Source: Octopus sinensis
Lineage: Eukaryota
NCBI RefSeq assembly: GCF_006345805.1
Contig: NC_042997.1
Coordinates: 69,316,001-69,380,000, forward strand
Direction of reading: 5' to 3'
DNA: 64,000 nt
The translations under genes were made by a program, and so were the position numbers. Numbering within the stretch: position 1 is the stretch's first letter; each line of letters starts with the position of its first letter. The notes beneath the pieces are model-generated. The model saw only the letters and a list, made by a program, of their open reading frames with translations. It ran no database searches and was not told where the DNA came from. Positions 53,721-64,000 of this stretch are shown here, in pieces.

Positions 53721-54807
53721 AAATTATTGAGATTAGTCATTACCTATTTTTCCCCTCTTAACACAATTATTTTTTTCACATTGAAAATTCAATAAAAATT
53801 TCTTGCCTATCTTCAGAATATGTGTGTGTGTGTGTGTCTGCGCGCACGTGTATGTGTGCGTGTGCGTATGAGTATATGTATGTATATGAGATTATGCGTA
53901 TATATGTAAATATATATATATATATATTAAAAGGATATGTTATAATACTGTTCTACAACCATACCAACAATCCAACATACCTCCATCATCAGCTGCCCCA
54001 CGGATATCATTATGGTTTCGACAACTGGGCAGTACCATTCAATCCGGCGGTGTCAGAAGCACTAAAATAAGTGTTGTTTGGAACAAACAAACCAAAAAAA
54101 ACCACAACTTTCAAACACATTTACCCAATGTACAACCGTATCGATAAATAAATTCCATAAGTAAATTAAAACCCCTCCTAAATACTAAAGTCATAAAAAA
54201 TTATAATCCCTACCGTCTTCCGTAGTGTAATATAAAAGTAAAGCTTAATAACCACATTATTTCAATCAATCAGGCAGGATTAGACACTAACCTTGCTAAA
54301 ACTACAGCCAGAAACATTTAAACCAATGTACATTGTATCGGTATTAATACTAAACTACAATAGTTAAATTATATGCTAAATTGCGATCCATCTTTAAGTC
54401 CATATAAAGACTAATCCCACCGGTTTTCGATACATACTGCTATAATGAACATTCAAACCTTATAAATTTTTTCCAACCCAAAACACGATTGAAATTAATT
54501 TAACTAATATTTTTATGAGTGAAACATAATATTTCATCATTCAAAAGTTAATAATAAAACACCATATACACATTAATATATCACCACCATAAGTTAATAA
54601 TATTAAATTACCAGTGACTAATATACACTTAAATTTCATTAAATAGGAACTAATAAAAATACTTATAATGAATTAATATTAAAAACCTTCCTAGGTTTAA
54701 AGCTAATGAAACTGTTTAAAAGACAATAAAACTACAACTATTAACACTTACATGTTTAATCGAACAGGCGGCTCCCTCACCAAGAATTTAAAGAGCAATT
54801 AAATATT

Positions 54808-55208
54808 TATTTCTTTATTGCCCACAGGGGCTAAGCATAGAGGGGACAAACAAAGACAGACAAACGGACTGAATCGATTACATCGACCCCAGTGTGTAAC
54901 TGGTACTTATTTAATCGACCCCGAAAGGATGAAAGGTAAAGTCGACCTCGGCGGAATTCAAACTCAGAACGTAGCGGCAGACGAAATACCTATTTCTTTA
55001 CTACCTACAAGGGGCTAAACACAGAGAGGACAAACAAGGACAGACAAACGGATTAAGCCGATTATATCGACCCCAGCGCGTAACTGGTCCCCGGAAGGAT
55101 GAAAATCAAAGTCGACCTCGGCGGAATTTGAACTCAGAACGTAGTGGCAGGCGAAATACCGCTAAGCATTTCGTCCGGCCTGCTAACGAGTCTGCCAGCT
55201 CGCCGCCC
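54808..55208 (-). mobile_element. SINE family B dimer with TSD, inserted into a PLE-like region
   Basis: Full reverse-complement match; flanking agcaa(t/c)taaatatt duplication. Confidence 0.9.
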
Positions 55209-55309
55209 TAAAGCAACTAAATATTGATGACGTAGTGCGTAATTACCACTTTCTCAATTGTCTCAATACCGATGACGTAGTAAGCAAATAACTCGAATCG
55301 TAAACCTTC

Positions 55310-55700
55310 AAATCCTTTACAAATATTTGCTAAGCTGAAGATTAGATATTACCCCATATTTATTTAAAATGTTAAGTTTCACACCTAAACAGCGATTAAA
55401 AGATTTAACCAAATTACTATGTTTATAACCTTGTTTTACTAAATAACTTAACAGCTTATTTATTCTTTCCCAAAATTTATTAGCATTATTACTAATAGTA
55501 CTATATCTAACGATATAACCAACAAAACACCATAACCAATAAAAGAAGGAACTTTACTACTGAACCATGACTTTGAAGCCCCTGGGAAACCAAAATTTTC
55601 TGTTTTATAAATCTCAGTATATATTTCATTGTTATTCTTAATGACTTGATTGACATCTAAATAATCATTACCATTTCCGATGGATATATGTATATAGTTT
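55310..55700 (-). mobile_element. PLE RT C-terminal fragment (possibly terminal-RT, Naiad-like type)
   Basis: DYLDV...IYTEIYKTENFGFP...SSKVPSFIGYGV, frameshift, then KFWERINKLLSYLVKQGYK...KY and a stop. Resembles recalled YLDL..YDKRDDFxF...SNIPxxxAYGVYISQL...KLLxQGY. Confidence 0.55.
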
Positions 55701-56562
55701 AATAGACACAATACATGTTTATATGTGCTACTAATAGTTTCATACGTTGAGAAATACCTCAAATGTATTATCAGGCACAAACCACATATCATAATGAACT
55801 AAAGTTTGAATGAGAGAAGAAATGCGAAAAGTTGTGAAGGAAGCATATAGAAAACGTGGAAGATTAAAAACAGAAAACGGAAAGAGAAAAAGTAATATGT
55901 AAAATAAGGTAAAATAGGTAAAACAAAAAGCTATCCTCCTTAGACATTAAGTTATAAGGCTGGAAATATATCAACAATTTAATGAAGTATACGCGGAATT
56001 TTCCAATTCTTCAAAATGTACTTAGACCTACGTTTACAACAGCAAAAGATTTCCAATCAAGTGTTCAGTAGTAAGTTAGGGATCTTAAATCTAAAATGGA
56101 TTTAAGCTCTTTCAGTTATACAGAGCTTTCATTTATTTGATCCATTAACATACAATGTAACCTGTGCTTAGCTGAAAGAGCCCAGATATTTTTCATATCT
56201 AAGATCCCTATCTCACTACCGAACTCTAGGTCTGAAATATTAAGCGGTTGTAAACATAGGCTAAGTACATTTTGAAGAATTGGAAAATTCCGCCTATACC
56301 TGATTAACTTGTTGGTATTTTTCCAGCTCTATAACTTAAGGACGATAGTTCTTTTACTTATTAAACTTTTTTTTACAATTTACTTTTCCGCTTTTTAAGC
56401 TTCCACATTCTCTATATGCTTCCTTCTCAACTTTTCGCGTTTCTTCTCTCATTCAATTTTTAGTTCGTGATATGTGGTCTGTGCCTGATGGATATGTTAA
56501 AGGCATTTCTCAATATATGAAAATGTTAGTAGCACATAAAAATATGTATTGTGTCTATTAAA
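55698..56562. repeat. ~860-bp imperfect palindrome built from a PLE 3' end
   Basis: Arms ~55698-56120 and ~56165-56562 are reverse complements (roughly 80% by eye). The + strand centre encodes QCNLCLAERAQIFF...NSRSEILSGCKH, a PLE endonuclease C-terminal signature. Confidence 0.8.
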
Positions 56563-56621
56563 TAATATTTATCTCTCGCCAGATGGAGTACTTCTTTTGC
56601 TTATTTTACCATCACGGAACA

Positions 56622-56667
<46 letters not shown>

Positions 56668-56693
56668 TTACATTTTTGTATATATAATCCATT

Positions 56694-56727
<34 letters not shown>

Positions 56728-56762
56728 ATATATATACATTTACATTTTTGTATATATAATCC

Positions 56763-56821
<59 letters not shown>

Positions 56822-56894
56822 TGTATTTTTTGTTATCATGTGTGTAGTCTACCGTGTGTATAAATAAAAATATATGTCGGTTATTCTTTCGCAG

Positions 56895-57064
56895 ATTCGC
56901 GTATACACAAATAACGGCTATGTAGGAATTGACGCCATTCAGCTAGTTTCGACACCTGCAAGTGCCAAGGTTTGTAACAGCTGCCGACCAACAAAATACC
57001 AAGTGATAAGAAATCCAAAATTTCCAAGACCTGTATATACCAGTAACACGATGTTTACAGATAG
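56895..57064 (+). CDS. PAPPA: Pappalysin exon
   Basis: cgcag|...|gtacg; [43 protein letters not shown]...FTD(R) versus human IQIYT...IDAAMLTS...CLQCKPLKYKVVRDP. 170 nt. Confidence 0.92.
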
Positions 57065-57149
57065 GTACGAGTTAAATATTCTTGACGTCCTAATATCTAC
57101 ATAATTCGTTCGTTCGTAAACTGAACCTTTCTTTCGATCAATTAATGAC

Positions 57150-57560
57150 TCCCATATATAACAGGTCAACCTCAGAACTGTAAATTACCAAAAGTTATTC
57201 GTTCGTTCCTCTCTACTGCACCACTTAACATTGGCTTCCTCTCCCCCACTTCATTCTGCACAAAATGTGTAGCTATATTTTCGAGTAGGTGGGTATAATG
57301 GGTTTTTTGATACAAAATGATTGAATCGCAACACGGATTTCTTGTACGTGTATCAAGTTGTTCGATCAACTGCATAACCTCCTTTTTGAGTTGGCATGCA
57401 CGTTCATCCTTGCTCTGTTCAAAGTAGGATTAGTTTGACACACTTGTGACATGCTTAGACCCATGAATTACTGTTATAGTCCAACCGACGGGCTTCTATA
57501 GTTTTCGCATATCCAAATTACTCACAAGGCTTGCATCAACCGTGGACATCAGGGTTGTAA
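57150..57560 (-). mobile_element. Tc1-like transposase remnant
   Basis: RTRNP...RKPMLS...ERITFG resembles Tc1 RRNP...RKKPLL...RLxFA. Confidence 0.35.
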
Positions 57561-58850
57561 AGCGAACTCAACCGTTTTGCAATACAGTGTCATCGACAAG
57601 CTACAAATTAACACAATATCTATTGATGAGTTGAAAATGTAATACAAATGATCATTTCTATCTGTCTTTATTTTTCTACATTCTTTATACCACCAAAGAA
57701 AGTGAAAAGAAGTTGTCGCTTTATTTATATTTATATCTTCCTTGATAATATAATCAACCTTAGTGAAGTGATATGGTTTCCATGATTTCACTGTTTCCAT
57801 TTCGCAAGTACGAATATTGGTTGAAGAGATATGCTTCCCTATCATGTGGTCTTCACTTCGATACTACTATGTAGTGGCTTAGAATAATCAATTCTTTTAT
57901 GGCTGCGAAATTTCTCTTACATTCTGAATGAATCTGAGTAGAACATATTGTTCGGAATCCTCTCAGATGACAAATTTAATCCTTTGAAACTGATTCAATA
58001 TCACCATTGTTCATGATTTACATAATTTCATGTAATCACTAATTGTTATAATCTTGCCATTTAGGTACCTGAATTTTCGTTATGTTGCTATTAAACATAC
58101 AAATATATTATTACAATCTATGCAAACAATAATGTCACATGTTTTATTGCACATAAATGTATGCCTATATGTCGTTGTAAGCTATCCAGAGTTTTTGATG
58201 ACAGAGAAAGCAACAACAAATATTGTCAGAAATACTCAAAATATTGTGTAGAAAGTTTTGTACATCCAAAATACGAATTCCATTTCGAAGTTCTTTCAAT
58301 AAGTTCCACTTAACATATAATTATATTTTGTAGGTAAAAATATATGCAGTGTATACATGTGTATATATATATAAATATGTATATATACAAAAATTCAAAA
58401 GTGTAAGCCTATATTCATTACTATCTATGCACAGAAGCTCTCAATACATGCATACATGTGCAGGTGCACACGCATATTCTCATCTGCATGGATCCTAAAT
58501 CCACTCGCCTACTCACAAACATAAATATTTCCCATATGGGCGTTTGTGTGTAAGTATGTATTATTCATGTTTTGTTTTGTTCCTTTTTATTCTCTTTTTA
58601 ATTTAGAGTTAATTTTGACCGGCAACCTGCTTGGTAGTAAGGTTCGGAAAGAAAGTATCTCGTTTTATTCATCAGTCTTACTTTTAATAGTGTGTTTCAC
58701 CTCACCTAAGCGCTATGTTGTTTCGACAATTTCATGTCAAATTATCAAATATTTGGTCGATTTAATTCTAGACCCATTGTGTATTCGTCGTTGGCTTGAT
58801 TATTCTCCATTTGCACAAAGTTAATTCACATCTCCTTTTCTTTATTACAG

Positions 58851-58979
58851 ATCTGTTAAGCGAGGAGCGAATTATAGTTACACAATCCAAGTTAATATCG
58901 GAAACAAAAAGAGTACCTTGTCACCATCCCTTTATTATTACCACGGTCAGCCATTTTGTGGCAACGGAAGGGTAGAAAG
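58851..58979 (+). CDS. PAPPA: Pappalysin exon
   Basis: tacag|...|gtttg; SVKRGANYSYTIQVNIGNKKSTLSPSLYYYHGQPFCGNGRVE versus human SEPSPAVTYIHGSGYCGDGIIQ. 129 nt. Confidence 0.9.
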
Positions 58980-59441
58980 GTTTGTTTGAACCGAATTTCA
59001 CCCTAAAGCAGTGCGCTCGTATCTATTACAAATTTATAACTACATTTAACCATACATATAATTAGTACATACGCTCACAGACCACATTGTGTCCAGATTG
59101 GCTAATTCAGGAAGCAAAATCATATCTCGGGTTAAAATAACCACCTTTTAGTGGTTGAGGGCTCGCTTGAACCACAACTTTAATGGCTATCAGTTGGAAC
59201 CGATATTAATTGTTTTTTCTTTGTTTATGGGAGGGGGGGTCTCGGTTCAAATAACCAAATTCAGGGCATATCGACCACATACACACACACACACACATAT
59301 ATACATATATATATATATATGGAATAGAGTTGGTAAAATTCAGGCCGCATATGTTTCCTAGCCTGCAGTTGCTTTTATGCCCACTACGGATTACTCGAAG
59401 CTTACTAACATCCTATTCTTGTACTTAAAATTACATATGAC

Positions 59442-59498
<57 letters not shown>

Positions 59499-60420
59499 TA
59501 ATATTCTAATTATGCAACAGAAGCAACTACGTTGATAAACTAAGAGCTTTATCAACATAGTAAATTTAACACATATGTGTCGTTTAAATGCCAGAAGCTG
59601 CTGTTTTTAATCAGAGAAAAAGCTCCTTTGCAAAGGTATTGTGTTAAGAAGCAGAGTATGTTTTAAGGGCTGGGTAAAACGAAATTGCCACAGAAGTAAC
59701 TGCAAGAGCAATAAATATGGCTTTCGCCGCTTTGTCGGCTTGTCAGTGTCATGTACTCGCGTCACTTCTGAAATCTCATTAGCCAATATGAAGTATACAG
59801 ATATAGTATATAACTACACCCTGCTTTAAGAAGGCAATGTAAAAGCCGAAGAAAATCCGGATTCGAAGAAATTTCGAATACAGAACTCCAGCAGAAGCAG
59901 TTTTATATATAAAATAGAATCTTTATCAATGTGTGTCGTTGAAAAATCAGAATATGCAGTGTTTAGTCCGGAAAAAAATTCCTTTATAGATTTTGTGTTG
60001 ACGTAATATACGTTAGAGCTATGCGAAACGAAATCGCCCAGAAGTGTCCTCGAGAGCAGCAGATATGTATTTCGCCGTTAGTACAGTTTGTCAATGTCGC
60101 GTACTCGTGTCACCACGAAACGAAAGTTTTATTAGTGCACAGGCTTATCAAACTTTTCCAAGCAACTTCGAAATTTCGACCAGCTGCATTTCGTCCAAAC
60201 TGTGTGAAGAAAGCTAACAGGCTGAAATTTCGAAGACACTATCAGCACGTTACTTGTAAAAGTTGATAAAACCTAGCATACTGATACACACACACATTCG
60301 TACTCACACACACACACACACGCACACACACGCAAACACACACATATACATAGATCCTAATTTCATTCGATATAGCATTATTTACTGTACAACACTTTCC
60401 TTTTATTTAATCTTTTAAAG

Positions 60421-60512
60421 CCAACTCGCAGAATCATGTGATGATGGAAATGTCCACAACGGAGATGGATGCACAATGCATTGCCAGGTAGAGAAATTCT
60501 ACAGGTGCAAAG
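60421..60512 (+). CDS. PAPPA: Pappalysin exon (Cys-rich CDDGN..NGDGC repeat)
   Basis: taaag|...|gtact; QLAESCDDGNVHNGDGCTMHCQVEKFYRCK versus human EQCDDMNKINGDGCSLFCRQE. 92 nt. Confidence 0.9.
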
Positions 60513-60541
60513 GTACTGTATTTCTGAGAATTCCATACATA

Positions 60542-61838
60542 TGAGGGGTACCCAAAAGAGACCAGAATATTATCATTTTCTAATATCATTTTATTCACTT
60601 AGATTTACATGTTTACACTTTTATCGCCTTCAAAGTATTCTCCGTTTGAAGTGCTGCATCGGCGAGACGCGTTTTCCACTGTTCGAAGCAGTCCTGGAAC
60701 TCTTGCGAAGTGTTGCCTTTTAATGGCTCCGTCGTTTTTTCTTCACCTCTCCCACGTCCGCAAAACGTTTTCCATTAAGGACATCTTTCATTCGGGGTAA
60801 AAAAAAGTTGCAGGGAACAAGATTGTGTGAATAAGGAAGGTTGGATAAGCGGGGTCATGCTATTTTTTTTTTATCAAAACTTGTCTCACACACAAGGCGG
60901 TGTGTCAGGTGTATTGTCGTTATGAAACTACCACTCTCCGCTTTGCCATAAATCGGGGCTTTTTCGTCTCACCGAGTCTCGCAAATGCTTCAGAACAGCC
61001 AATTAATGTCTAGTTAACAGTTTAAACAGGAGGAACAAATTCTGTGTGGACAATTCCTTTCGCATGAATGAAACAAATCAGCATCCTCTTGACAGTGAAC
61101 TTCCCTTGACTCGTTTTGAGAGGAAGGGCGTGTTGACATTGAATGCTTCCATTGATTGGATTGCTTCTACGTTTCCGTGTCATAGTCGTAGCACCAGCTT
61201 TCGTCACTAGTGATGATCTTCGAATAAAGGTCTGGATCAACTTCAAACTGTTCTTACATTTCACGGCAAGCATTGAATCGTGACTGCTTTTTATCCTCTG
61301 TGAGCAAACGAAGCACACATTCTGCTACAACTCTTTTCATTCCTCGCTAAAAATTCGTTGGCATGGGCTCCAGAACACACAAGTCATATGAACAAGTTCG
61401 TCAATTGTTCGGTAGCGGTCCTCCAAGATCATTTCATGAATTTTCGCGATGTTTTCATTCGTTCAGGAGGTCGACGGTCGCCCTCAACGAGGTTGGTCTT
61501 GAAGCAATAAGTGTTTAATCCTAAAGCGTGAAGACCACTCGTAAACCTATCTTTTGATCATGGCGTCCTTGAAAGCTGTTTGAAGCATGACACCTGTTTC
61601 AGCCGCCGTTTTCCCCAGCAGAAAACAGAATTTCACGGAAGCACATTGCTCCTTGGTTTCAACCATCGCGACAATCGACGAACAGGGGAGAAGCAATGCA
61701 AAGCAAAGATATAACACGATGCCAGTCAGCAGACTAATGCCTGAGGCTCGCATCAAGTGGCTTCTAGCGGCAGAATCCTGAACTACAACAGACTTGTCCC
61801 ACAGAGAACGTTTCCAGATACTTTTGGGTATCTCCTCG
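60542..61838 (-). mobile_element. Degraded full-length mariner transposon (second family)
   Basis: Degenerate TIRs (gaggggtacccaaaa / ttttgggtatctcctcg) and minus-strand remnants EQCASVKFCFLLGKTAAET, GRPSTS and GIVHTEFVPP; ~1.3 kb. Confidence 0.85.
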
Positions 61839-62110
61839 AATACATCTACGCTTTCAGTGATGCTGGTAGACATGTTGAGCGAGCCTTCAAGATCTTTACA
61901 TGCCGTCGGCAATTTTTAGTAACATGTCTGATAAACCACTCATGCTTAATGATAAACACAAGCACATACATGCACACACACATCTATATATTTATAAAGA
62001 AATATATTTATGTACCTTCTACTTAAGAAATTGAGTACTTTACTGTAGTATTTTACTAAAATTATGTTTATTTCCATTCTTACAGTATCACAAAGTATAA
62101 TTATGTATTC

Positions 62111-62143
<33 letters not shown>

Positions 62144-62152
62144 ATGTTGTAG

Positions 62153-62355
62153 GTACACCCAGCCTGTGTTACCGATATGATGGTGATGGCGTATGTGAAA
62201 AAGATGAAGAGGGTTCCAGTTTACGTGACTGTGGATTTTTCACGCCACCGGGTTACGAAGATCAGTGGCCTATTTCTGTCAGTGGTAACCCACAGCATCA
62301 AAAAATGCCTGAATGTCCAGAAGACGTACTGATTGGTGCTCCGTCAAGGTTTCAG
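62153..62355 (+). CDS. PAPPA: Pappalysin exon, last visible in window
   Basis: tgtag|...|gtaat; TPSLCYRYDGDGVCEKDEEGSSLRDCGFFTPPGYEDQW...CPEDVLIGAPSRFQ versus human [37 protein letters not shown]. 203 nt. Confidence 0.94.
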
Positions 62356-64000
62356 GTAATTTTCCACACCTACCCCATCGTTTCAATAGGGATTTAGTTC
62401 ATTTACAAATATGAAAGAGGTTACGAAAAGAGATAATATTTAGTGTACGAGAACATGATGAAGAGATTCTTTCGGATGAAGATGATGGTGTATTGATGGT
62501 CACTATTGTAAACGTCATCCTTTGATTTTTGAAGTCTAACAGAAGTTTAATCCATATGTTGATCCTGTTTCGACTTTATTTTACGTCTATGAGCAAAGGT
62601 ATTTTACCTGTAAACATCCCAGTTTCTTTCTCAGAATGTGTGTATTGAGCTTCTTTAAACCAATGTGTAGGTACAGTAAAAACACATCGCTACTATTTCT
62701 TGCTAGTCAAGTGTCCTTGTAGAAACATTTGTTCACTCGCATTAGCTTTGTTTATGAATGTGGAGCCTTTATGTCAGCACTACATTTGACTACACTTAAT
62801 GTCTTTCCTCTTCTACTTTTTCCTTTTCTCTACTCATGTTTTTTTTTCTTTTTGGCTTTTCTGTGGGATTCTCTCGTAAGATTCTTTAAGAGACAGTTAA
62901 CTTAAGGAATTTGAAATGCTAAATAACTAAATCGAACTATATTCATTATTATATAATCCTCATTATAATCCAATATTGTTCACCATTTTGAGTAACGGGT
63001 CTTTGAGGACTGATATGAATTTAGATGATCGAAATTATAGGTGGTTTATATCAGGTCATCGGTGGTGTCTTGCGTCTGCGGTCGGACACATGGCTTCCAG
63101 ACGGTTCAGTTAACCTAGCTGTAAATATATTCCGAAATATAAGAAAAACTAGTCACTCTAAGCAACTGCAACACTATAAATCTGGCCAGTACAACATAAT
63201 GAAAAACCTGTCGTTCAAATCTGTCGTAACTATTTAAGAATGAATATGTACGTCATCATTTTCATTCCCGCTGATCTCCGTTAATGTGGTAATTTATTAT
63301 CGATTTAGCAGACATCAGAACGCATCAGCAAATAATTTGTTTGCTAAATTCTTCTTCATTTGATCCGGAGTTAGCGTTGAAAGGAGACACTCAACCTGAT
63401 CGAAACACTGGTGCCTCAAGGTCCCCCTACTTTAATGAATCGAAAGTGTTGGGCACTCGCTTTGACTGAAAAGAGAAGTAGGTCTCCAATGACGAAGTAC
63501 AACAGTGATTAACAAATTCACGTTTAAATTTGCCAGAATGAATTAAGAATGAATGTGTCATTACTTTGATTCTCGCTCTTCTTTTATAATATAGTAAGAT
63601 GTTCTTTAGAATCTCTAGGGCATTATCAGTTATTTTTTAGTGTACCAAAAGGAAAACAATGGCGACAGTCCCAGATGACAATAAATATGAGAGTGAGGTT
63701 TGTATGGCTGACTCGAAAGGAGATCGTGCTACCAGTTATGAGATCGGATAACTGATCCCTATACTGTCACTGTTGCTGTGTTACTATATCCACGGCTCTT
63801 AATAATCAAATGAAAATAACTTATCACCAAAATCATTTTTTCTAGTTTAGAGTGAATGCTAAGTTCATCTCCTTAACTTCTGCTGAGAAATTAAGGAGAA
63901 AGCAAGGTTTTCTGTAATATACTAAGAATGCAATGGCTTTGATACATCATTATTGATATATGATAAATATGGAACACTTTCACGAACCGAACATGTGCAA

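Noticed and set aside
53985-54065. Hammerhead from minus-strand GAAA...CTGATGA
   Set aside because: Order and spacing fit no type I, II or III topology; there is no NUH triplet or stem I.
53940-55800. Mitochondrial insertion (NUMT; ND1/ND4/ND5/cytb or rRNA-like)
   Set aside because: The composition is mitochondria-like, but the short motif resemblances are not collinear or correctly spaced for any one gene, and 55310-55700 translates better as PLE RT. A BLAST against mtDNA would settle it.

Overview
AT-rich, microsatellite-dense animal DNA. The SINE families and repeat landscape suggest an octopus genome (inference, from recalled repeat families). The window holds ten + strand coding exons (11845-62355) of a pappalysin (PAPP-A/PAPP-A2, peptidase M43B) gene. 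They join in one frame through GT-AG sites (1603 nt, ~534 codons), with an intact HEFGHNLGLWH zinc motif and NYMSY Met-turn. Both ends of the gene appear to lie outside the window. The introns and upstream region contain tRNA-derived SINEs, 5'-truncated R4/Dong-like RLE LINEs in (TAA)n tracts, Tx1/L1 and RTE fragments, Penelope-like elements (PLEs), three mariner copies, pogo/Tc1 relics and foldback elements. The most notable unannotated signals are RNA-level: (1) a type I hammerhead ribozyme with a canonical core and an ~85-nt rod-like stem II, sense to the pre-mRNA (23207-23317); (2) a second, near-canonical hammerhead in a 484-nt-period, partly duplicated, retrozyme-like unit (36075-36740, minus strand); (3) two minimal PLE-type hammerheads; (4) a head-to-head cluster of intron-containing tRNA-Lys(UUU)-like genes; (5) an ~860-bp PLE-derived palindrome upstream of exon 7. 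All folds, alignments and family assignments were made by eye and from recalled consensus sequences; nothing was computed or searched.
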